A DNA stretch of 64,000 nt from a phage: the NCBI GenBank assembly GCA_012646185.1, contig GCA_012646185.1_4706.1. One strand, 5' to 3'. Of the stretch, positions 9,551 to 17,774 are shown piece by piece. The position numbers were made by a program, and so were the translations under genes. How positions within the stretch are numbered: position 1 is the stretch's first letter; every line of letters starts with the position of its first letter. The notes beneath the pieces were generated by a model. It saw only the letters and a list, made by a program, of their open reading frames with translations, searched no databases and was not told the DNA's origin.

Positions 9551-12500
9551 TTATTTGGCGTCGTTAAAATAAATATCAACAGCTCGTTCCGTTGCGTAGA
9601 GGAGACCAAGATTCACAGTCCCAACCACTTCCGGTGAACCGATGATACGGTTAGCGATACTGGTGCCACTGAAGATAGCATCAAGGGTGTGCCCGTCTTC
9701 GGTTTTGTTCACACCATGACCCACGGAAGAGACAACGGATTTCGCTTGAGCTGCGAAGGTACCTTTATCACCCATCCCCGCACCAAGGTCGTAACGCATG
9801 AAAATACGGATAGCGATCTGGTTCTCGCCTAACGGATTACCGTCTATTCTCACGTTACTGTTATTGATACGCCCCGTAGTTGCTTCGTTGAGTTTCAGTT
9901 CCTTAACGCGTTTAGCTCGTGCTTTATCTGCCTCACCGACGAGCGCTGCCATGGTTTCACTCATATCCTCAATCTGAGCGCGGTACAGTACATCGATCTG
10001 TACAACTTCACCATGAACGTCAGCACGTGGGTTATACTGACTCATACGACGTAATGCTTCAACGGCTTCCTGACTCTCATCACTCAGATCGGTCGCAATC
10101 GGTTCTTCCAGTGTTGCAAGGATCGTTCGTGGTTCAACATGATCGCCGATTTTCACGAGACCACGAATGTTGAGATGGGCGTCAACGATGAGCGTACGGC
10201 TCTTAATCGATGGTGTTACGAGACGATCAGCAAGATTGTCGAAGATATACGAACTGTCCTCGTGAGTCTCTGGAATATCCAGAATACCGACAAGAGACAG
10301 AACACCTGCGCGCCAAACAACCTGACCTGGGTTCCACCAATCGCGTTTAAAATAAAGACGATGGAAAACCACCACATCCTGATCCTTAACGCGATCCCCG
10401 ACTTTATAATCGGTAATGAGATCGTGAGGATAATACTTACCTGGTCCTTTCCCGATTATCGTACCGAGCTGGAAAACCTCTTCCCCTAACTCTGGATCGT
10501 CGTATTGTATCGTAAGCGCAGTTTTGGTGACCTTCTTAACAACACCATCGCCTTGGGCAGCTGCTGCAAAGAGCTTACCAACACGATGCGCGATGACAGT
10601 CTCACCGCCTGTGCGCCATGGTTGTACATCGTAACCTTCAGCAGCAATCATGCGGTTGTGTTGGATCCCGACGAAGACCAGACGTTTTCCATCATCACGG
10701 TCTACAGCCGGAACAGCTAACGCTGACGTACTCATTACCGATGAGATGCCGTCTGTCTTTTCATCGAATGGTCGTGTTTCACCATACACCGACACGATAT
10801 TAGCATTAGGTGCAAGGTAAGCAGAGATACCCACATCCCCACTATCTTTCGTACCCTCTGACACAATACCAACATCGGACTTGTCGTATTCACGATCGCG
10901 TGCGCGTCGAAGCGATGTCTTTGAACGACCCCCGATACCGGTCATCGTTGCTTCTTCACCCTGCTTGATATCCAGCATCGGGTTGGTTTCATCGATCACG
11001 ATGGACGCGCTGTCGTCGAGAATTTGGTTCCAGACGCTTACCGGACTGATTGAGATTTTCTGACGATTTCCTTGACTGCTGTTCTCATTCTGACGAATAG
11101 CGCCAACCAGATCCTTATACACCAATTCAGCGAACTTATCGTACGTTTTAAAACGTTGATAGTTCACATCGTTGGTGTTAGGTGCCCAGTCATCCAGAAG
11201 CAGTTCAACAGCACGCAGTAACAACATGGCGAAATCGGTAGGTTCTCCCATGTTCTGTAGCAACGTACGGCTTACCGGATCAACGAAAAGACGCTCCATG
11301 AGTTCAAGTTCGCGTAAATGACGAACCTTAAGTCCGGCACCATCGACAACGTTAAAATAGATATCTCGATTGTCGAAAGCACCGCGAGCGTAACCGATGT
11401 AGTTACGGTACTCGTTAAATCCGCCCAGCAACAACGTCGTCATGCGATCGTCTTTACTGAAGATCAAACTTTCGTCATCAAAGCTCACCGCGAATTCATC
11501 GGGCGCTAGACCCATACGAGAACCGCGAGGTACCGTACGATAGTTCGCTTTAAGATGTTCTAATAACGGGGTAAGTCCACCCAGATAACTTAGAACAACA
11601 CCAACCGGAATACGTACACCCATGAATTCAAGATCGGCGGCTTCGATCGGCATCTTAGCCGCATTGATACCGAAGAAATCGGGGAACGTCCCTACAGGTG
11701 TTGGTGTTTGTCCTGACTGACAGATATAGAGCTGATTGCGTTTATCGATTGCTAAGAATTCACCCAGCGTGTTACGCGCAAACGTCAGGAGCCCTTCGGC
11801 TAACTGTTCGTTGAACCGATCTTCCCCGATGAACTCCGGCAATGTCTTTGTATCAAGACGTATATCCCAATCAGCAAATTGGATTTGGGTATAGTTGCGT
11901 GCAAGCACAGCGAAGTAATACGGGACTTTGACGGCCGGATCAAAGACGTTACCACGTTTTAACGTGGTTAAGGGCGAAGACTTATCGTAATACATCGCTG
12001 TAAGTTGGCGTGTTAGCCAACGACCGGCGTTATTAACGACACGCTCTGAACGTTTAACAAACACCTTACCGTAGGCGGTACTCAACGCAACTTCGGATGA
12101 TGATACCTTTCTAATAGGTTTATCAACACGTTGTTTACGCATCCGGTATTTGATGCCGTTAACAACATAAATGCCGTCCTTACGAACCTTCGGCAACATC
12201 ACCGGGAACGTGGTTGGGACACCGCCTACAGGAGCCAGTTTAATCGTGATGACTTGATAATCCCCCATCACGTCAACAACATCTTCAACTTTATATCCCG
12301 TGACAGGGTAACCTGCCTGTTGTACGGCAACAACAGCGGCTGCGATGTCCTTTTGCATCACGTGTTCAACGTAATGTTTATCCCACACCGCAAGCGTCGA
12401 TTTACATAGGCTCTTATCGACGATAACATCCGCTTCCGGCATAACCTTTGCTGGCGCTAATTTCGCGGCTTTTGGTTTAACTTCAACATACTCAGCAAGT

Positions 12501-13897
12501 GTTAATCCAGAACCGTCGGGTGCTTCGATTTCGTGAATGGCGTCAGCATTACGCATCGCTGCTTTATATTGGACGCCGCTTAACTGACCCGCATCAGCCA
12601 GATCGCTCGCGCGTACCAACACCGCATCCGATAACGACTGAATATATTCACCGTGTGTTTTCGGTAGCGTTGCTGCGTCAAAGACATCAACCTTTTCTTC
12701 TTCGGTATCGTCGGTAACGACTTCGAAGAGATCGTCGGTAATGTCCTGATCTTCATCGGGTTGGAAATCTGGTTGTACTTCTACCCCGGGTACTTCACGG
12801 ACATCTTCGAACGAGCGTTCTACAATGGCGTTCCACGCATCAGCGTCATCGTCTTCATCCGACCCGCCGACCAACTCCGCTTCTAACTCATCGGGATCAA
12901 GAACGGTAGCCAGATCCTCACCGTTAGGAAGCACGACGTCGCGATCATCATACTCCGCATCCGGGCTGTCTGCAAGAATATCTCGCTCTTGACGAAGAAC
13001 CTGTTCCTCTTCTTGTTTCTGTTCTTCTTCATTCGCACTCTGCGACCACAAACGTGTTACCGCCATCATCCAACGACGCTGGAAGGTTTCAAGTGTCGTT
13101 TTATCGAGTTCTTCCCCTTCCTTAACAAGCCCGGTACGCCATTCCTCCAGCAGGCCCAGATTCAGCGTAAAGAAGTACACACCGTCCGTAAATACAACGT
13201 TAAGCTTATCCAGCGTGGCTCTGTCTAACGAAGCCATCGTACTGTTCTCACGATCGGTTCCCAACCAGCGGAAGAAGTCAAAGAACGACAGCTCCTCCGG
13301 CGTAGCGAAATTCATGAGGTTGTTACGGGTCGGTGCCTGTTGCGTGGTACGCATCAACGAAATCTTCGGCAATGTTGACGGTATACGGAACAACAGAAAG
13401 TGTTGACGATCGCTTTGCTGTGCGATTTCGTTGGCTTTCGACCAAATTGTTTTACGTACGTTGAACCATTCATCATACCAACGGGTGAGCGTTGGACGAT
13501 AAATGTACATGTGGTTAAGATGCGCGTAGTTAGCCACGATCTGAGCGTTGATGTTTTTCTCCACCGTACTTAGATCAGTGACCAAACGAAAACGACGATG
13601 CGATGCACGGTAATCCAGTTTCGCACGCGGTAGCTGGAATCGCTGATCCCGTCGAGGTGCGCCTTGCTTGGTTGCAAGGTCATCCGCGAACGATATCCAA
13701 AGCTGGGCACTTTCTTTGCTCAGCATGTATTCGTTTTCTGGAGGACCTATCAATGATGGATCCGTTGCGGTGTAATGATAGACAGCATAACGCGGCAGCT
13801 GCAATAGCTGCACTAAACGTAATCTCGGTGACAATAGCTCTTGGTAGCGTCTGACACCGAACTGTCGGTAGTAATCAAGGTATTTAAGTTTTGCCAT
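9551..13897 (-). CDS. multisubunit RNA polymerase beta-prime-like subunit, C-terminal part
   Basis: 1448-aa ORF with ATG and GGAG RBS; contains a bridge-helix-like NNAGRWLTRQL (compare E. coli ANSGYLTRRL) and a possible trigger-loop-like TMTGIGG; follows the DFDGD exon. Highly diverged. Confidence 0.5.
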   Translation of the reverse strand: MAKLKYLDYYRQFGVRRYQELLSPRLRLVQLLQLPRYAVYHYTATDPSLIGPPENEYMLSKESAQLWISFADDLATKQGAPRRDQRFQLPRAKLDYRASHRRFRLVTDLSTVEKNINAQIVANYAHLNHMYIYRPTLTRWYDEWFNVRKTIWSKANEIAQQSDRQHFLLFRIPSTLPKISLMRTTQQAPTRNNLMNFATPEELSFFDFFRWLGTDRENSTMASLDRATLDKLNVVFTDGVYFFTLNLGLLEEWRTGLVKEGEELDKTTLETFQRRWMMAVTRLWSQSANEEEQKQEEEQVLRQERDILADSPDAEYDDRDVVLPNGEDLATVLDPDELEAELVGGSDEDDDADAWNAIVERSFEDVREVPGVEVQPDFQPDEDQDITDDLFEVVTDDTEEEKVDVFDAATLPKTHGEYIQSLSDAVLVRASDLADAGQLSGVQYKAAMRNADAIHEIEAPDGSGLTLAEYVEVKPKAAKLAPAKVMPEADVIVDKSLCKSTLAVWDKHYVEHVMQKDIAAAVVAVQQAGYPVTGYKVEDVVDVMGDYQVITIKLAPVGGVPTTFPVMLPKVRKDGIYVVNGIKYRMRKQRVDKPIRKVSSSEVALSTAYGKVFVKRSERVVNNAGRWLTRQLTAMYYDKSSPLTTLKRGNVFDPAVKVPYYFAVLARNYTQIQFADWDIRLDTKTLPEFIGEDRFNEQLAEGLLTFARNTLGEFLAIDKRNQLYICQSGQTPTPVGTFPDFFGINAAKMPIEAADLEFMGVRIPVGVVLSYLGGLTPLLEHLKANYRTVPRGSRMGLAPDEFAVSFDDESLIFSKDDRMTTLLLGGFNEYRNYIGYARGAFDNRDIYFNVVDGAGLKVRHLRELELMERLFVDPVSRTLLQNMGEPTDFAMLLLRAVELLLDDWAPNTNDVNYQRFKTYDKFAELVYKDLVGAIRQNENSSQGNRQKISISPVSVWNQILDDSASIVIDETNPMLDIKQGEEATMTGIGGRSKTSLRRARDREYDKSDVGIVSEGTKDSGDVGISAYLAPNANIVSVYGETRPFDEKTDGISSVMSTSALAVPAVDRDDGKRLVFVGIQHNRMIAAEGYDVQPWRTGGETVIAHRVGKLFAAAAQGDGVVKKVTKTALTIQYDDPELGEEVFQLGTIIGKGPGKYYPHDLITDYKVGDRVKDQDVVVFHRLYFKRDWWNPGQVVWRAGVLSLVGILDIPETHEDSSYIFDNLADRLVTPSIKSRTLIVDAHLNIRGLVKIGDHVEPRTILATLEEPIATDLSDESQEAVEALRRMSQYNPRADVHGEVVQIDVLYRAQIEDMSETMAALVGEADKARAKRVKELKLNEATTGRINNSNVRIDGNPLGENQIAIRIFMRYDLGAGMGDKGTFAAQAKSVVSSVGHGVNKTEDGHTLDAIFSGTSIANRIIGSPEVVGTVNLGLLYATERAVDIYFNDAK

Positions 13898-13900
13898 GGG

Positions 13901-14101
13901 TTAGGCTCCACGAGGTCCCGTTAAGTTGCGTAACAGGAACGCAACTGTATCGTAACCAATATCAATGTTGAATTTATTTTTACCGCTTACCCAGAAAGCA
14001 CGCTTCTTGTGTGAGTTGGTAATTTCGTCAATAGCTTCCATGGAATAAAGAACGTTAACCGAGACCGTATCACCGTCGAACCTTGTCTTCGCCTCAGGTC
14101 G
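13901..14101 (-). CDS. RNA polymerase beta-prime-like N-terminal subunit, exon 2 (catalytic DFDGD-type motif)
   Basis: Open frame encodes RPEAKTRFDGDTVSVNVLYSMEAIDEI...NIDIGYDTVAFLL, matching the beta-prime NADFDGDQMAVHVPLSLEA...QDVVLGLYY region; bounded upstream by in-frame UAG inside the intron core; stop UAA lies 2 codons before the ATG of the next gene. 5' boundary approximate. Confidence 0.6.
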   Translation of the reverse strand, partial: RPEAKTRFDGDTVSVNVLYSMEAIDEITNSHKKRAFWVSGKNKFNIDIGYDTVAFLLRNLTGPRGA

Positions 14102-16060
14102 CTACGCTGAGACCGCCTGCATGGATACGTACATCACAGGCTGCTTGCACTTTCATGCAAGAGGAGACTATATCAAACCGGCAGCGCAACCTGCTACGGT
14201 AACCTACACTTCGAAGACGCTCGTCCTCTACAGGGTGGTAAATCCCTTAGTCGTTGAACCTGCGTTGTTTCACATTCTTGTTTGTAAGAATGTCGTATTA
14301 CTACGCAACAACCAGGCTGCTGATTGCCCATTGTTTCGCACCTTAGCACCGCTTACGCGGCTTTTCTTTCAGCCTAAGCCTCTTACGGAGGTAGTGCATC
14401 TCAACTGTTGTTTCTGCCTTTCGGCACCTCATGGGTCGTTGAGCTTTAGGGGTTCCCAGCATTTCGTAGGTTTTTCAAGCACTCCCTTTCGGGAATACCG
14501 GACTCATTATTAGCTTATTTATTCAAGTATCTGAAATCCCACTTATCTTTACGTCGTTTATCGCACTTGATGTCAGGATGATTAACACGATGCCTAATAG
14601 TTGTTGCCGATAGCTGGCTGAGATTCTCAGCAGATCGTGCGCCAAGAACAACGAGTTTTGTGTCGTCTGGACGCGTAACTTCTACTGCCCGATAATGCTT
14701 ACGTAACACATCACGCCAATATTCACGACGTTCTGGTTCAGCATACTCAAGCATGTAACCGTTAACATCTACTAAACCGTAGCTTTCGTTTAATCGAGAG
14801 GTAGCGGCTGGTTTACTAATACCGATTGCTTTAGCCGCATCGACCACGGTTTTATACGGGGTCTCATTACCGTCTCTATCTACAACCACAATGAAATCTG
14901 GACGTGAATCGAGTAGCTGCTGTCTGCGTTCGACGGCTTGTTGATGAAGCACCATGTTAACGTGTTCGAACCCGTAACCTTCTGGACCGTGCCACCCTGG
15001 ATTGTTATTCGCTCGATAAAGTACCGTCGCAGATTTCACTCCAGTCTGACGTGACGCCTCGTTTGCACTATGAACAACCGTGGTAGAGCCGTCAGGGTGA
15101 TATATCCGTATCTGGTTCATTATACCGGAACCAATGAAGTTACCATCAGCTGATTTAATATCCGGCCATGGTTGAGGATCATCTTTGAATTTAACCACCC
15201 AGCGGTTATTAAACAGTTTGACTTTTCGAACATGTTTGCCCATTGTCGTATCCGTAACACCTGCGACTACTGATGCCTGTGTGATACTCAGGTACTCAGT
15301 AACGGTATCGTTCCATGTATCCCAAAGCAGAACCGGTTTATTGTCGTCGCGTAAACCGTATTCGATGGCGTGTAGAACGTTACGACTTCTGGTCGCCCAT
15401 TCAAGATTATCGAGAGAGTAATTCCATTTGTCGGCATCGAGATGATTAACGTCCAACTTATCGACATTAGCCGGATATTCCCGCCACGCCAACATCAAGC
15501 AGCGATGCAGAACCTTAGTTCTCGTTACATCCCGACAATCATGACGTAGACTAATGAATACGTAATTATCCTTTTTCGGATACGATCTACATTCCTGACC
15601 GTCTTTGCGGCGAATAACTCGTCCTTTCTCATTTATCAGATAACGGGTGTGTCCAGGAATGACACGATAACCAGGGTACTTAGCGATTTCGTAAGCAGGC
15701 TCGAACCGATAGGATAAATTATCAACATCCCAGTTAGATTCGTCACCATCAACAAACATCGCTTTGACGTACTTCTGTGTTTCAATATCAACCAGGATGT
15801 TTTTGTGTGCGATACAAATCAATGCTGGGATATTGAATTCACGACCGGCTAAGATAACCATGTCGCCATTTCTCGGTATCACGACGTGGGTATCACGATA
15901 CCGTAAATTTCCATAGCCGTCTATTTCAATCCAGCTTAGAAACGGAATGGATATAAACTCTTTTTCAGATACTCGCCATTTAAACATCTTAATACCTATT
16001 TAATACTAAACATCATATTAATAGGTTTAAAAGTTAAAAATGACAGAAAATGGCTAAATT
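14102..16060 (-). mobile_element. group I self-splicing intron carrying an HNH homing endonuclease gene
   Basis: Canonical P, Q, R, S core elements in correct order on the minus strand: P ~14366-14381 (GGCUGAAA), Q ~14312-14326 (AAUCAGCAGCC), R ~14244-14259 (GUUCAACGACUAAGGG), S ~14163-14176 (UUGAUAUAGUC); P4 and P7 pairings are complementary. 5' splice site not resolved. Confidence 0.7.
14515..15987 (-). CDS. HNH homing endonuclease (intron-encoded)
   Basis: 490-aa ORF with HNH-type motif DVNHLDADKWNYSLDNLEWATRSRNVLHA, a NUMOD4-like N-terminal segment and three helix-turn-helix-like repeats in the C-terminal half. Confidence 0.8.
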   Translation of the reverse strand: MFKWRVSEKEFISIPFLSWIEIDGYGNLRYRDTHVVIPRNGDMVILAGREFNIPALICIAHKNILVDIETQKYVKAMFVDGDESNWDVDNLSYRFEPAYEIAKYPGYRVIPGHTRYLINEKGRVIRRKDGQECRSYPKKDNYVFISLRHDCRDVTRTKVLHRCLMLAWREYPANVDKLDVNHLDADKWNYSLDNLEWATRSRNVLHAIEYGLRDDNKPVLLWDTWNDTVTEYLSITQASVVAGVTDTTMGKHVRKVKLFNNRWVVKFKDDPQPWPDIKSADGNFIGSGIMNQIRIYHPDGSTTVVHSANEASRQTGVKSATVLYRANNNPGWHGPEGYGFEHVNMVLHQQAVERRQQLLDSRPDFIVVVDRDGNETPYKTVVDAAKAIGISKPAATSRLNESYGLVDVNGYMLEYAEPERREYWRDVLRKHYRAVEVTRPDDTKLVVLGARSAENLSQLSATTIRHRVNHPDIKCDKRRKDKWDFRYLNK

Positions 16061-17529
16061 GAATCACCGCCTAAACCGGCGAGGTACGGGGCAGGAACAA
16101 TAGTAGTTTCTACGAATGATGCATTAGGTAACCAGTCGGGGTATTCCCATGCGATAAATCGTTCATCCGTTATTGGTTCCCAGTTACTATCCAGTTCGGT
16201 TTTCGGTTTTGCCGCAACGGTTGTACGTGCGTAACAGGTTAACGGGATAACGGATTGCATACCGGATACCGGATAACGTGTTACCATCGCAGCCAGGTTA
16301 TTCCAGTACTTATAACCAGCGATATAAATAAGCTCGGTGTAAGTAATGGGGTGAACATCCGCACCAGGCTTATTCAACATCTCCGGAGGTAATTCACTCA
16401 TACCACGGAATAACCGAAACGAATCATTGTTCACATAGACGAGGCAAAGATATCGTCCATTGACCATGATAGGCTCGTTACGCACGCCAGGATCGCTTAA
16501 GGTGTTCAGTAAACGTTCTATTCCGTCCCAGGTTGTAAAGTCATCGATGGTGTCTGGATCAAGCGTGACACGTTCACGTTCCATCGTTTCGGTATCAATA
16601 AGTTCAACTTCTGTAACGTCACGAACAAATATTTCCTGCAAAATACCGGTACGTAACGCATGTTGCGTTACTGGGAGAGCAGCTTTACTCATCTGGTATA
16701 ACCCTAACTGAACTGCGGTACAGGAAGGCTGGTTAGGCGACCCTAATACCTCCGTTGTGGGGTTAATTGCCGAAATAACGTTACGGGTTGAGTTCCAAAC
16801 GCGACGTGAACCAAACTTCCCTTGGAAGATCCCTTTCTTACCTTGGAACATATCCAACAACAAAGCGTAGATATCGTTAAACGTTCTCTGTAAGCTCCAG
16901 CGTTGGCCGTCGTAAACGGGATCGGAATAATCTTTTAATCCATCAGGGACGGTGTTAGAAATTGCAAGGAAACGACGATACAACTCCGTGATTTCTTGCT
17001 CGCTTTCATACCCACCTTCTTTTACTTCTATTTCACGTAAACCCGCAGGTAAAACCAGTAGATGACGAGTCATCGCTTTGAACATGTTCTCTTCGACGAC
17101 TTTAATTCGTAGCTCTCGTTGAGCTGAACCCGTTGAAACGAACTTAATATCAGCGACGTGTTGTGCAAAGAACCCGTACCCTGTCTGTCCTGTTAACGCA
17201 TCAGACGCAACGAAGTCGCGTTGTTCAGGATCCCAACGCGCGTACGCCTTCCCCGACATGATATCGCCATAGAGGTGTTTTAGTCGAATGAGACGATCGT
17301 AGATGACAGGATGTAGGATTTCAACCTTGCATTCAATCACCGCAAATCGACGGTCTCGATCTTCACTACCCGCACTACCAAAGATGGTGTATGAATAGAA
17401 ACCGTCATCGTGGAAATTACCGGTGCTTGGATCACGAATGCTCATGCTCGTGATCTTGGGGAGAAAACGTAACTGCTGTTTATCGAGGTGTAAAATACTA
17501 ATATTAAACGGCTCTCTGACTTTAGCCAT
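16054..17529 (-). CDS. RNA polymerase beta-prime-like N-terminal subunit, exon 1
   Basis: Start ATG at 17529 with AGAGGAG RBS (ORF-track start 17571 is an upstream extension). N-terminus FNISILHL...DGFYSYTIFGS aligns with beta-prime FDAIKIAL...DGLFCARIFGP; KGIFQGKFGSRRVWNSTRNVISAINP aligns with the [26 protein letters not shown] region. Frame stops at 16054 inside the presumed intron, so the true 3' end of exon 1 is uncertain. Confidence 0.6.
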   Translation of the reverse strand: MAKVREPFNISILHLDKQQLRFLPKITSMSIRDPSTGNFHDDGFYSYTIFGSAGSEDRDRRFAVIECKVEILHPVIYDRLIRLKHLYGDIMSGKAYARWDPEQRDFVASDALTGQTGYGFFAQHVADIKFVSTGSAQRELRIKVVEENMFKAMTRHLLVLPAGLREIEVKEGGYESEQEITELYRRFLAISNTVPDGLKDYSDPVYDGQRWSLQRTFNDIYALLLDMFQGKKGIFQGKFGSRRVWNSTRNVISAINPTTEVLGSPNQPSCTAVQLGLYQMSKAALPVTQHALRTGILQEIFVRDVTEVELIDTETMERERVTLDPDTIDDFTTWDGIERLLNTLSDPGVRNEPIMVNGRYLCLVYVNNDSFRLFRGMSELPPEMLNKPGADVHPITYTELIYIAGYKYWNNLAAMVTRYPVSGMQSVIPLTCYARTTVAAKPKTELDSNWEPITDERFIAWEYPDWLPNASFVETTIVPAPYLAGLGGDSI

Positions 17530-17774
17530 GGAGACACTCCTCTTTACCACCACCGGCTGCGGCGGTATCATCTGAACACACGAGAGACGTAATGGGTGAT
17601 GGCGTCACCCATCGCTTCCTTGCTTGAGGCGAGGAAGTTACTAGGTTACGTACCTGCCTGATTTTATCAGGTGGGCGATGTGTGAAGTTATGCTTCAACA
17701 TTATCAATGCCGAAGGTAAACTTCGTGCATCACGTTCCAACGTAACATGGGAACGTATCGAACTGGAGGTATAC

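Noticed and set aside
9551-13897. 1448-aa protein as a beta subunit, based on a C-terminal GDKG resembling the beta GDKxAGRHGNKG motif
   Set aside because: The match is short and lacks the RHGNKG part, whereas the bridge-helix-like NNAGRWLTRQL and the gene's position after the DFDGD exon favour a beta-prime C-terminal assignment.
14121-14513. 130-aa plus-strand ORF inside the intron region
   Set aside because: It lies antisense to the group I intron core (P, Q, R, S elements), has no RBS, and the region is better explained as structured RNA.
16054-16110. LGGD near the end of exon 1 as the polymerase catalytic motif
   Set aside because: The downstream exon carries a far better match (RFDGD followed by V-x-V-xxS-xEA and the QDVVLGLYY-like segment), so LGGD is taken as coincidental.
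17529-17682. ORF-track start positions at 17571, 17682, 42175, 44353, 38874, 63652 and others
   Set aside because: Several of these begin at GTG or TTG codons upstream of an ATG that has a proper Shine-Dalgarno sequence; the ATG starts were used instead.
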